Assembly: GCF_001194135.2 (NCBI RefSeq)
Contig: NC_068981.1
Coordinates: 59,229,228-59,267,590 of the forward strand
Source: Octopus bimaculoides
Lineage: Eukaryota
Direction: 5' to 3'
DNA length: 38,363 nucleotides
Shown one piece after another: positions 12,499 through 24,625 of the stretch; the first letter of the stretch is position 1; every line of letters starts with the position of its first letter. The notes beneath the pieces are model-generated. The model was not told the DNA's origin, did no database searches, and saw only the letters and a list, made by a program, of their open reading frames with translations. Both the position numbers and the translations under genes were made by a program.

Positions 12499-12718
12499 TA
12501 GTTTTATTTTTATAACGTGCTTTCACTTCACTACCGAGCGCAGCTCTGTGCGCCTTGGGTATGTGCTGTGGTTTGCTGTGGTGCTCTTATGTTTACTGTA
12601 TTGAAAGTGTTTTGCGTAGAATGTGTGCAGTACCCAGTAGTGCAATTTTCTGTATGTTATATATATTTGTAAGTCCTGCTATTTTTGTTATGTATTTGTC
12701 TGAATATTTTTTTATTAT
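12467..12718 (-). mobile_element. 3' end of an R4/Dong-like LINE (UTR type i) with (AAT)n tail; 5' side lost in the gap
   Basis: Minus strand reads KKYSDKYITKIAGLTNIYNIQKIALLGTAHILRKTLSIQ*, then ~100 bp of UTR and the tail at 12467-12495. Confidence 0.9.
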
Positions 12719-13187
12719 ANNNNNNNNNNNNNNNNNNNNNNNNNNNNNNNNNNNNNNNNNNNNNNNNNNNNNNNNNNNNNNNNNNNNNNNNNNNNNNNNN
12801 NNNNNNNNNNNNNNNNNNNNNNNNNNNNNNNNNNNNNNNNNNNNNNNNNNNNNNNNNNNNNNNNNNNNNNNNNNNNNNNNNNNNNNNNNNNNNNNNNNNN
12901 NNNNNNNNNNNNNNNNNNNNNNNNNNNNNNNNNNNNNNNNNNNNNNNNNNNNNNNNNNNNNNNNNNNNNNNNNNNNNNNNNNNNNNNNNNNNNNNNNNNN
13001 NNNNNNNNNNNNNNNNNNNNNNNNNNNNNNNNNNNNNNNNNNNNNNNNNNNNNNNNNNNNNNNNNNNNNNNNNNNNNNNNNNNNNNNNNNNNNNNNNNNN
13101 NNNNNNNNNNNNNNNNNNNNNNNNNNNNNNNNNNNNNNNNNNNNNNNNNNNNNNNNNNNNNNNNNNNNNNNNNNNNNNNNNNNNNNN

Positions 13188-13235
13188 CTTCTTCTTCTTC
13201 TTCTTCTTCTTCTTCTTCTTCTTCTTCTTCTTCTT

Positions 13236-13266
<31 letters not shown>

Positions 13267-13286
13267 TTATTATTATTATTATTATT
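13188..13286. repeat. (CTT)n(TAT)n microsatellite following a 468-N gap (12720-13187)
   Basis: Directly visible. Confidence 0.95.
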
Positions 13287-13289
13287 TCT

Positions 13290-13420
13290 AAATTCCGCCG
13301 GAGTCAACGTTGTCTTTCATCCGTTCGGGTCGATAAATTAAGTAACAGTCAAGTACTGGGGTCAACGTGATCGACTATCCCCCTCCTGCAAAATTTCAAG
13401 CATTGTGCCTGTAGAAGAAA
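13290..13420 (+). mobile_element. 5'-truncated SINE, family 1
   Basis: AAATTCCGCC...TTTCATCCGTTCGGGTCGATAAATTAAGTA...CTGGGGTC matches the bodies of the copies at 4573 and 27247. Confidence 0.8.
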
Positions 13421-16146
13421 GGATTGTTATTGTTATAATAATTTGGTTGCATTGCAGAATTTTGTTGAGATAATGGACATGCAAGTGTATCTTAAAAGCT
13501 TTCTATCATCTGTCTGTTCAGAGAGTTGAAATCATCCAACAGATATATTAAATATACTTTCTATACCATTTCGAGTGAAAAGCTCAAATTATATCGTTGC
13601 CACCAAATAGAACGTAGAGAGGGCATTCTTTATGTTAGTGAATAGAGATATTAACAACGGTTCCGAGTTTTGAGTAATTTTGCGTTGTTAGTTATACTAA
13701 CCACATGTTTGTAATCTGTACTTTAAAAATACAACTCAAATATAATAATTGTTATAAAATAAATCCCAACGCACAAAAATAAGAGCAAAATTGGTGCTGT
13801 GTTTAGAAAGGCAACGCTTAACTAACTAATAATAATGTGGCGTAGAGAACAAAAATTTATCTCAGTGACTAACGTTGTCATTACTTCCTTTAAAATATAT
13901 CCTTCTTGATCTTTAGAACGTTACAGATACGAGAATGACTATAGTGAAGTACAATTATTTAAGCATGTAGGCGTCAAAAAGTACTATTGTGACTAAGGGT
14001 TACCTATGTAGATGTCGTAGCATCTTCAGTCACAATTGTTCGAAATTAGAGAACGGGGAAACCGTCGTTTATAGGAAACACACAAGTAGTAACTGGCTTT
14101 GTCATTCTTTGAAATCCATGAAGACCCGAACTCAGAACATAATTTGGAGTATCTGAACACTGTAGGACAGTTAAACCTACTCTCAATCAATTTCACCACT
14201 CTACGATAGTGCATCGGCTTGCAATAAGATATAAAGCCAAAACCAATTGTATTCTTTTATAAAGAGAATATCTGATGGGGAGTATAAAAGGAATCAGTGG
14301 AGAGAAGAAGAAACGAAAACTTTGTTGACAATAACACTACCCTATACATCAGCCTCCTGCACTGAAGAGAAAAAACCCCACCAACAGAGTATGAATAGAT
14401 AAGAAATGGAAATCATGACACCTGTTTGTATTAGTCTTGTTCTGCTACTGAATTTGGATTTATTTGTACTCAAGTTATTCGAACATTCTTCCCACTTATT
14501 CTCTCCCAGCCTTCTTCAGGGAAGATGAAGTTAGTGCAGTAAAGAAAACTCGATCTTTTAGTCAGAATATGAATATATTTCAAGTAAAATGTATCAACCG
14601 TCATTATAAGAAAATAATTTGGTTAGAAACAAATGTCAACTAGTTAGAACGTGAAAATAAAAAAAGAAATGAAGAAGTGCGAAATGATCTGTGTCTACAA
14701 AACTGAAATCGATTGAACTTATTTAAATACATGACTGGGTCACGTATTAATCTAGCACAAGATTTTAATGATTTACCTGAATTGATACACTATAGAATTT
14801 TATTAATCTTCAGACAAAGAAAGTTGAAAACATCCATAGCAAGATTAGGACTCAGGAAAATAAAGAATCGCTGGGTATTTAATCTCATGTACAACTATTT
14901 CAGATACTGTAAATGTCTCAAGAATGAATAACAACGCAACTCTAGAATGCATTTACTCGTAACTATTTTCTAACCTTTATTAGAAAGTGTCCATCAGTAA
15001 CACCTGTAGAGCTGTTAACAAAGCTGCAAAACGCACAACTTTAAGTTTAAGTACTATACCTATGTGAGATAATTTAAAACAAAAAGAATTATTGGTGATT
15101 TTCATAAAGAATTACTTAAAGAATTACTTAAGTCCTACTTATCTGAGTACACGGCACGATCTCGATTCTTAGTCAATTCAGTTTCACTTCACTTTTAACG
15201 TCCTTTTGAAAGTTATGTACAACACGAATTAACTTTCTACTTCTCTGCATATCATTCACATGAATATTTGAACAATGCTGCAATATTTCTTGACGAAGTA
15301 TTAACGCTTTGCCTTTCCCTCTTGAAATTTTCTCATTAATATAAATCACTTCGAACATGAAATAAAGATATTAGTTTTGTTTCAGATCACTTGAATTTGT
15401 TTCTCCAGGAAATATTTTAAAGGTAATGCTTATTTTATTGCTGCTGTAATGTAGTAACAGAATACTAAAGTAGATATTTGTAAGAATAAAATATTTTCAT
15501 TAAATAAATTTATTATTATTACTTTCTCATGATGGTCAAGTAGCTGAAACAGTAGAGGGGCTGTCTTACAGAGCATATCGTCGACTCCTTGAGTTCAGAT
15601 TCACCGAAAATCAACAACGCTATTTATTTTCTTATAACTTAAGACGTTAGTACTATGAATGTACTAAGGTCGATTCAACACGTTATATATATTCGTCCAT
15701 TAAAAATATTTCGTCTTGATTTAATATAAGAAAGCAATTTTACATTCGTCACATCGTGGGAGTCTGTATTTGTCCGACATCGCCACGGCACAATGCCTAA
15801 AATGAACTAAAGGTCATACTTGGTAATAATACTGTTTTTTTTTTATATATATAAGTAACCCGCCGTTCATAGAATATAAAAAAAAGTTAGTACCGATGTA
15901 AACGTGTTGTAAATCTAGTACCGTTTCTATTTTTCTCGTATTAATATTTGCGACAGTTTTTTCGCAGAAGGTGCGATTTAAAAGGTTAAATTTCTTTCAA
16001 CTTTTTTATTGGGAATATTTACATTAACTCTACACACTTAATGATTATTATATTTTCCACCGTTTTTCCAACGTGCTTTACATTTACAACATCATATATC
16101 TGTTAGTCCCTCATACAATTTTAGGGTTCTTATTTTGCTAGTGTTT

Positions 16147-16149
<3 letters not shown>

Positions 16150-16195
<46 letters not shown>
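16150..16195. repeat. (TATC)n microsatellite
   Basis: Directly visible. Confidence 0.95.
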
Positions 16196-16196
<1 letters not shown>

Positions 16197-17472
16197 CAGA
16201 AACTGTGATAAATTATGATAAGCACAAGATTATATCATTGGTTCCCTACGTACGTTTAAGCGCTGTGTTTATTCGCAAACTCCGCGTTGGATGTTCCAAG
16301 GGCAATTGTAAGCTAAACCACAACAGGTCATAAAGGAAACCTTTTATTGCGTTATGTGATACAGATAAAATGTCCGATTCAATTTGTGTAAAAAAAAAAT
16401 GCATTACAGTACTTCCCTGGTGATCCATTCCGGTTCAGCACCCAACTGGACCTTGAATAATCAATGCAGAGTTTGGGAATAGTCGCAAGTGTGAACCGTA
16501 CATTGGGAACAAATGATATAAAGTTGTATTTATCATAATAAATCATAATTTCTCCTACATATGTTCTATATATCATAAGCAATAATGTTACCAAGTACAG
16601 TAGTAACTACACTACTATACAGGAAACAGATTGGACGATGATTCTAAATGTGGAGCTCTAAAGTCACCAGTAGCAGTCGTGCACCTAAATGTATACACAT
16701 GATACACTTTATATATCCAATAGAATAAATATAAAAATTAAGATCTTGATACCACGTTTATTATTCAGTTCCAATCGATTCAATAACTGGTGGGATGAAC
16801 TATTTAACATGCTGGAAAATATATAAACAACAAATATGCATCATGCAATATTAATGGAAACCTATTCATGTCATAAATGCCTGAACATTGATATATACGT
16901 TTATAAATACAATATTAAACAATATCAGAAATTAAGTATGTGATTCTTATCATCCTAATAGTTTGTTTGCCTCTATCTCCTGTGTAAATAATACATCTCG
17001 ATTTAACATCAATATTACACTTGATTGTGTTTCTTCCTAAAACATCTTTAGCAGCAATGCAACCAATAGTTCTTTACTACCCAGTAAACCCGATATATGT
17101 GTAACTCTTAGTATCAATATAATTATTTATTGAGTCACGAGTGTCTCCAGACAAACTTACACTGCCAATAAAGTATAGTGCTATATCGGTGTTATACAGT
17201 GTTAGAACATTCAAATTGAGATGAATTTATTACATACATTCTTGCAATAAAATCACAAATTGCATAATGCATCATTAGCAAAATTTATTTGAGACCCTAA
17301 GTATTACATCATCGATTATTGTATCTCACGGTCAATAATATGGACAGTATATAGCCATAAGGCTTCGTGGTGTTATATATGCTTAACTCGTTGTCTGTTG
17401 TATTTATATAATATCTTATTTGTTTCTGTCATAGCACATATTCACTAGCCTTTTTCCAGTAACTTAATAAAA

Positions 17473-17672
17473 TTACTGGTGCCTGCAAAACTGAGCGGTA
17501 TCAAAAGTAATTGGTGTGAAACTGCTATGATATTTTGAGACTTTGAATGAAGAGGAAAGCCCAGTAGCGAATATTTCGTGTATCGTGTCGTCGTCTAATT
17601 TCCCGTCTGTGCAGTTTTCGTCTACTTTCCTGTTTACTCTGCTTTCGTCTAACTTTTCTCCTTGTATTCTTT
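17473..17672 (-). CDS. Candidate terminal coding exon of an unknown protein (acidic, three 9-10 aa repeats)
   Basis: CAG acceptor at 17675-17673; open frame ERIQGEKLDESRVNRKVDENCTDGKLDDDTIHEIF...CRHQ*. No recognised homology and the acceptor pyrimidine tract is weak. Confidence 0.2.
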
Positions 17673-17747
17673 CTGTTGATACACACACGCACACACACAC
17701 ACGCACGCGCGCGCGCACGCGGGCGGACGCACGCGTGCACACATATC

Positions 17748-18154
17748 TTTTATCTTTTACTTGTTTCGGTTATTAGACTGTGGCCATGCTGGGGCACCGC
17801 ATTGAAGAATATTTAGCTGAATGAATCGACCCTAGTACTTTTTTTTATAAGCCCGGCACTTATTCTTTCGAAATCTATTTCCGAACCGGTAAGTTGCTGG
17901 GATATAAACACACCAATACCGGTTGTCAAGCGTCGGTGGGGAAACAAGAAACCCAAAGGCACACACACACATAGATATATACATATATATACGACGGGCT
18001 TCTTTCAATTTCCGTCTACCAAATCCACTGACAAGGTTTTGGTTGATCCGAGGCCATAATAGAATATAGCTTGTCCAAGGTTCCACGCAGTGGGCCTGAA
18101 CCCCCGACAACATGGTTGGGAAGCAAGCTTCTTACCAAACAGCAACGCCTGCGC
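17748..18154 (-). mobile_element. Near full-length tRNA-derived SINE, family 2, with a CORE-like segment and an internal (TA/TG) microsatellite
   Basis: Minus strand: GCGCAGGCGTTGCTGTTTGGTAAG (A box), GGGTTCAGGCCC (B-box-like), GAACCTTGGACAAG (CORE-like), ending in GAAACAAGTAAAAGATAAAAG. Confidence 0.82.
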
Positions 18155-18155
18155 A

Positions 18156-18242
18156 TGTATGTATGTATGTATGTATGTATGTATGTATGTATGTATGTAT
18201 GTATGTATGTATATATGTATGTTTGTATGTATGTATGTATAC
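18156..18242. repeat. (TATG)n microsatellite
   Basis: Directly visible. Confidence 0.95.
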
Positions 18243-19851
18243 ATATGCGTGATTACGTGTGCGGGAATGTGTAAGCGACTGTCTGTGTGTTTATGTGAGC
18301 TTGTGTTACATCAATACAAAATTTAATTTTAAATTTCACCGTGTGGAAGACATAATTCAAAGTCTTGGTGTCTAGCAATGTTCAATTATCAATAGGTGGC
18401 TAACAATAAAATGATTTACAAACGATATAAAAGTGAAATTAAAATGTCTGGATATTTCCAACTTAAGATAATGCGGTGTCAGTTGTTAACCCGTTAATAT
18501 AAATATGTTGTATTAGTATCATCAAAAACTAATGTAAGACTGAAATAAACATGTGTAATGTAGATAACAGCAACAATACGAAACAGATGAAAGTAAATAA
18601 AATACACGCTTTGTTCAGTTTAATTCTTATGTATCAATTTAGACATCTACTAAATCCCATATTCACATAAAAGTGATTCCTTTCACTATCTGCACACAAT
18701 ATTCGACGGATTCGCGGCGACGCCTGTAGTGTAAGCATAACCTCTTCGGTATTCATTTCTCTGTGGAAAATCATGAAAGTTCCAACATTTAATTTCCCTT
18801 CTCAAAATATAATATATGATTTTGCACGAAGTGAGGAACAAATTCTTGAAATGCTTATGCGGTGAGAGTCATAGGATCAGAAGTAAGTTTCCGCTGATCA
18901 TAGATTACCGAATAGTTTCAATTCCAGGTTATGCTTCTATTAGCAGATTACTTCTTGCGAAACGATTTTATGAATTGCTTCGAAAGTCGCTAATACCTTT
19001 GTGAAAAGTATATGAAAAGTATTTTTCTCTCTCACCACTTTGAAATTTTATGTTCGTAAAGCGATGGAAAATCTAATATAAATTGCATCCTCCTGAAGTC
19101 GTAATCGTTGCAGATAGGAAGGAAATGTAGCGTTTTTTGTAGCGTATATCTGTATAGGTTGAATGAAATGAAAAGATATTCGAATATTGTATCAAATAAA
19201 TACAATGCATTTCTTTGTGGCCTTGATATCATGGTAGGACATTTTATGTGTAGAAATTTTGTAAAATTTCTTCCTACATTTCATCTGCATGTTAAATTCA
19301 GTAAAACATTTTCTTTTCTATTGTAAGTAATAGGCATACTATTTCATAAGAAAAATAGATAGCCAATGTTACCACTCATATGTTTTTATGACAGAATTTC
19401 TTTTCATGCAGGTGGATAATAGGTACAAAGGATAAACAGTTAGATGAAACTATTAAGTTTAACCCCTTTATGATTTAAGTTCAGGGTTCCAAGCAGTGGT
19501 GTAATGTCCAGTTGATGTAACGCAATTATATTACAGTATAGCCATGAGCAACACACGTACCGGTAAAGCACGCTTAATTTCATAATTATATCAACATAAA
19601 AGTAAAATTTCTTTTCACTCTCACCCAATCTCTCATTTTATCTCTTGATTGAGGGTTGGTGTAATTAGTACCAAATGGGGTGGGATAGCTATTAAATGCT
19701 TGAATAATTTCGTTATTTTTATCAATTTATTGCTATTTGATGAAGTATTATAAAGCATTGATATTGCTAATTATTAAAATCGATAGTCTCCATGACTGAA
19801 TAATAGCTGTTTTATTGTCGCTAAACGTATTAGAAAAATAAAAACACATAC

Positions 19852-19956
19852 CATTGTCAGCTGTGGTGTTTTCAAAGAAATTCACTTTCAAATTGTTAGT
19901 CTGTACAGAACCGTCAATTCCAAGAAGATTCAAAGCCTCAGAAAAGAAGTCTGCAG
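19852..19956 (-). CDS. Candidate 105-bp phase 1-1 internal exon of an unknown protein
   Basis: Pyrimidine tract TTCACCTTTCATTTCCATGAAG acceptor, donor ATG|GTATGT, open frame ADFFSEALNLLGIDGSVQTNNLKVNFFENTTADN. Confidence 0.35.
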
Positions 19957-20054
19957 CTTCATGGAAATGAAAGGTGAATTTGTTCATGAGATGAAGAATT
20001 ACAACTGCTTTCTGATGTAGATTTATCGTTGATATTACCACTTGTTCTTGGTGG

Positions 20055-20215
20055 CATTTCATCCGTCCTAACGTTCTGAGAACAAATTCCGCTGAGGTCG
20101 ACTTTCATCATTTTGGAGTCGATAAAATAAGTACTAGTTGAACACCGGGGTTGATGTAATCGATTTACTCTTCCCTCAGAATTGCTGGCTTTGTGCCAAA
20201 ATGTGAAACCGATAT
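20055..20215 (+). mobile_element. 5'-truncated SINE, family 1
   Basis: GTTCTGAGAACAAATTCCGCTGAGGTCGACTTT...GTCGATAAAATAAGTAC...GCTGGCTTTGTGCCAAAATGTGAAACC. Confidence 0.82.
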
Positions 20216-20589
20216 TACTACTTATTGAAATAATTTTAATTATTCTGCCACTACAGTGTCCGCTGCGTTTCGGAGCTAGTTGGCTTCATTCAAACCCATC
20301 AGTTAATTAGTCTTTTCTTCTTTCCTTCTTCCATATTGTATCCACCAGATTTTGCCCTAAAAACTACTCCAATCCTTTCTTCTTAGAATGTTGGCTCTCT
20401 GGAACTCCTTCGACGTAGAAGTTTCTTTTTCTGTAGACGTCAACTCGTCACTATTCAAAAGAAAAGCTCAATGTGTCGGTCTCACCAATCTTAGCAGGAC
20501 TGTGAAAGTCGAAGGCACAGCCTCTTCTTCCAGGCCAGATTAGTTAAAACATGGGTTTTCTACAAGCGGTTGCAATTGCGATGCGTTAC

Positions 20590-21070
20590 ACTAGTCAACG
20601 CCAGGAATCTCTGCCCTCCCATTAGGTAGGTCTTCATTTTCCTGTCGTGTGTCTTCACCAGTAACACCAATGCATGTTAGTGATCTTTATTCTCTATTAG
20701 AGTGTGGAAGACTCGAAACTATAACTTAGGATATGGCTTAATGTTCAGCAATAGATAGCGAAGACTACTCTGTATCGAGGAACAACAGTAGACATGGATG
20801 GAATGTGTTCCTAAACTTTCTGTTTGGTTTTGTGTTCACGCTGTGAGATGTTTTGAGCCATCGCAGAATCATCGTCTTGATAAGACTCCAGTCTTTTCTT
20901 CGAAACGATTTTTAAGGCTTTTTCTTTTTAGTTACGGTTTCGGTTCTACAGAGAATACTCTCTACACACATTCTGAAGAGGACCAGCTTGGTCGACTATG
21001 AAATACTTAGTTGGCCAGATATTGTGAAGCATGATACAGCCTTACGCATTTTGTCCTCTTTCTGGTGAGA
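20590..21070 (-). mobile_element. Highly decayed RTE-clade LINE, 3' part of the RT region
   Basis: MLHNIWPTKY(frameshift)S*STKLVLFRMCVESIL...TET and HIPSMSTVVPRYRVVFAIYC resemble the RTE pattern LxNIWxSKxISxxTKLRLFxxCVESILLYGxETW ... RRLRFAGHC. Confidence 0.55.
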
Positions 21071-21519
21071 CCCCGACAAAGTTAAGATTTCCAATTGAAG
21101 CGATTTGACTTCACAAATATTGCTAATGCTCAGATAAAGGCTCAAATATCGGTACTAATATTACAATCTCTTCATCTATTTCTTCAAATATCCAATACTT
21201 CACCGGCTCTTTCATATTGATAATAACTGGCCAAGTATTCCCAGTCAAACTACTGTTTTAACGCCGGCGCTCAACTATGAGCTTAAATGCAATAAACAAA
21301 TGTAATTATTAAAAAGTCTAAGTAGACAATTCTATCTCTAATCGAGAATCAAAATTTCTTTAGTGTATTCTGATATCAAATTGAGTTAAATTGACTGTCG
21401 CCTGTCATAATTGCAATCACTTTTATCCACTGTATAATTTGTTTTACTCATAATTTTAAATTTGGCCAAAATTACATTATTCTCTCATAAGGTTTATTTT
21501 ACTTGTTGATTACACACGC

Positions 21520-21676
21520 ATGGACAGATGCACGAACACGCACACGAGCGTGTGCGCGCACACACACGAGCGTGTGCACGCACACGCATATACACATTGG
21601 GAGAGTGAGTGTGAGAGCGAGAAAGAGAGAGAGAGAGGGGGAGAAAGAGAGAGAGAGAGGGGAGAAAGAGAGAGAG

Positions 21677-21730
<54 letters not shown>

Positions 21731-21735
21731 GAGAG
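21520..21735. repeat. (CA)n/(GA)n compound microsatellite
   Basis: Directly visible. Confidence 0.93.
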
Positions 21736-22844
21736 TTAAAACTCTAGCAAAGATTTCTTTGGTTTTAGAATTGCTTTTAAGTACTTAACCATGCATTACT
21801 GAGCAAAGACAAAAAAGTGTAAAACATGAACGTGAGATTCCTCTGTTGTCTAAGACTCTATATTCCTATAAAATCTATATTGCCATTGTAAATAGCTCAT
21901 TTCAGAGCAAGATATGAAAACTCACATCGAACTAATCAGCATCTACGTTTTATTTATTTGCATTCCCTAGTTACTGTAAGATCTATCTAGCTTGAAGATC
22001 CTATTTACATCAAACCAGTAAACTAGATTTAAATACTTTTGTCATAAGCATTGTGCAACAGAGACAATAAATCATCAGCGTTTGGCCTTCAAACAATTAA
22101 ATTCAACTCCCCATATAAGTTTGGTCAATAACTAAATCCATACAGCTATTTCTGCTTTAAAAGGTAAACTGCCATACATTTATGTCTCAAAAAGTCCCAC
22201 TCTAAATAACCATTTAACCATTGTCTAAAATTTTAATGTTTCAATAAACAAACTGCAAATGTGCATTGTATGAGTCTATCCGACTTTATCTGACAATTTA
22301 TATGCAGCGACTGCAATACCAAATATTATAAAAGCACATAGCTTATGGAGAGGTCAACAGGCAACCTCTACATAGTCGCTCGACTTGGTAGAAAACTCAA
22401 CCCTCAAATGACATTTTTTAAACACTAACGTTTTAACTAAAGTAGTACATCAACCATTCTCTGTATAAAAGACGCGATGCCCATAGTTGGAATAACATCA
22501 ACTAGATCAGAAATTACTTGGTAGTTACACACAGCCACCAACAACACTATCACTATGGCAATATTTTTAAACAAAGAAATAATTCCTGTTTTAACACACG
22601 TAACATTTAAAATGTACTTCGTTCCGTGCAATAGCAATAATACAGTTTTGCTCAGCCTGGCTTTTGAAGTATTTGTAACCTGAGACCATTGTTTAACAAG
22701 TATAATGTTCTGCTATTTCTATTTTAGTACACATTGATTTCTTGCTTAGACATAATGCACGCACGCGCACAAACATAAACATATATACGTAAAACTTACA
22801 TACTTACATTCATACATATGTGCCTATGTACGTTTGTGTATGGA

Positions 22845-22852
22845 TGTATATT

Positions 22853-22915
<63 letters not shown>

Positions 22916-22980
22916 ATGTGTGTGTGTGTATGTATGCATATATATATGTATGTGTGTGTGTGTTTATGTGCGTGCGTGTG
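22845..22980. repeat. (TA)n/(TG)n microsatellite
   Basis: Directly visible. Confidence 0.95.
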
Positions 22981-23239
22981 TTTGTAATAAGGAATTTGTA
23001 CGAGTTTCATATCGTACTGAAGAACATTCACATTGCAATTGAAGTGAACTGAATTGGCTTCAAGAATATGAATAAAATAACTGACGAACTCTTGTCATCG
23101 TAAACGCATGAATTGTAAAATATTTCCATACATTATACATCATATTGAGAAATATTGTTTAATGGGAGAACGATCACAAAATATTTTGATTTTTCTGTAT
23201 ATGTATTGTTACAATTCTGAAGTCTGAGGCTTACAGTTA

Positions 23240-23430
23240 TCATTTGGGTATTTGTCCTTCTAGCAGTCGGAAACCATGTCCTGCAAATCTTACTCTCCTT
23301 TCCGTCACAATCTTCTGCAGGCTATGCAGATAGCCTCTCTTCGAGAGTTTAGTGTTTGTAATTTTGTTCCTGTGTGAGATCTTGCATATTTTGCATAGAC
23401 AGTATTGGTGGAAGGCACTCAACTTCAGAG
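23240..23430 (-). mobile_element. RTE-clade LINE C-terminal fragment
   Basis: SAFHQYCLCKICKISHRNKITNTKLSKRGYLHSLQKIVTERRVRFAGHGFRLLEGQIPK fits the RTE motif AFHxxCLRKIxxIxWxDKITN...RRLRWAGHxxRM...PK. Confidence 0.8.
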
Positions 23431-23670
23431 TGATAATATACTTAGTTAAGGTATTCTTGTTTCATTGACTATTTTCCTGTGTTCATAAATAGTTAAAAAA
23501 ATTTAGTTATTAACTTGAGACTTTAAGATGGAATTGAAGGAGACTTTACAAATAAGAAATGTTTTTCCATCATATGTATTTGATGTTTATACATTTTAAC
23601 TGATATTCATAATTCACAGCTTCCCACAGTATCGATTTTGTTTTATTCCAAAATAATGTTATTTTGTGGG

Positions 23671-23671
<1 letters not shown>

Positions 23672-23708
<37 letters not shown>

Positions 23709-23800
23709 CTCGTCACACACACAGACATACATAGACACAGACACACTTTTCATGCACACACACGCACGCACACACACGCACACACACGCACACATACATT
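23672..23800. repeat. (GA)n/(CA)n microsatellite
   Basis: Directly visible. Confidence 0.92.
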
Positions 23801-24494
23801 ATGAGGAGAACTAAGAAAAAAGTAATAAATTATGATGAAGGATTTGCAGTTCTCCCATCAATGCCCTGCACTTCCTTTTCAGCAATCCAAATTGCTGGTA
23901 AGTACACTATTGTAATTTTAACTACATATCACGATATACAAATACTTTACGCTGCATGCATGTATGTATATATATTTTATACATATACTTATGTATATGT
24001 ATACATAAGGTGGATTTGAGTATATGCGCACACATTTTTATTAAATTTCTCTTTGCATTCTGATAATTTTTATAAGTTCAAATGATTTTATCTGGCTTAA
24101 TTTCTATTGATTTTATTTCTCAAGTATCTGAAGGTTTTATTTTATTTATTTATAAATCTCTAGATGTTTTTCCATTTCTGAGATGACCTTTCAATTTAAC
24201 CTCATGCATACAGCACGTGATTATTGGTCATGTTACAGCCAATAGCAACATTCAAGGTGTAGTATCTTGTGCCTGATAATATCAAAAACATTATGGGTCA
24301 TGTTTTATTTCTTTACTGAAATAATTTGGTTTTGCAAATGTAAAAAGTAACAAGACTGCTTTCGCACGAATGGACACAACTTTTTGAGTGGACTGCTTTG
24401 TAATTGACAAAATGAATTAGATCGCATCGGTTTGCCCACAATCTCATATCCTTTCATCTGCTGTCGCTGCCGCCATTTCTTCTTGTCCTTGTTG

Positions 24495-24625
24495 TAGCTG
24501 TTGTTGTTGTTCTTGCTGTTCTTGTTGTTGTTGTTGTTGTTGTTCTTGTTGTTGTTGTTGTTGTTGTTGTTGTTCTTCTTCTTCTTCTTCTTCTTCTTCT
24601 TCTTCTTCTTCTTCTTCTTCTTCTC
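24495..24625. repeat. (TTG)n(TTC)n compound microsatellite
   Basis: Directly visible. Confidence 0.95.

Noticed and set aside
12555-13370. ORFs of 216-271 aa
   Set aside because: They span the N gap and (CTT)n; the real coding signal is the minus-strand LINE C-terminus.
20480-20560. THAP-like EEAVPSTF motif on the minus strand
   Set aside because: There is no upstream C2CH signature and in-frame stops surround it.
22437-22690. Hydrophobic minus-strand ORF
   Set aside because: No convincing splice donor or homology; hydrophobic ORFs arise by chance in AT-rich DNA.
24440-24500. ATGGCGGCAGCG start-like motif on the minus strand
   Set aside because: A stop follows after 10 codons and it lies in degenerating trinucleotide repeat.
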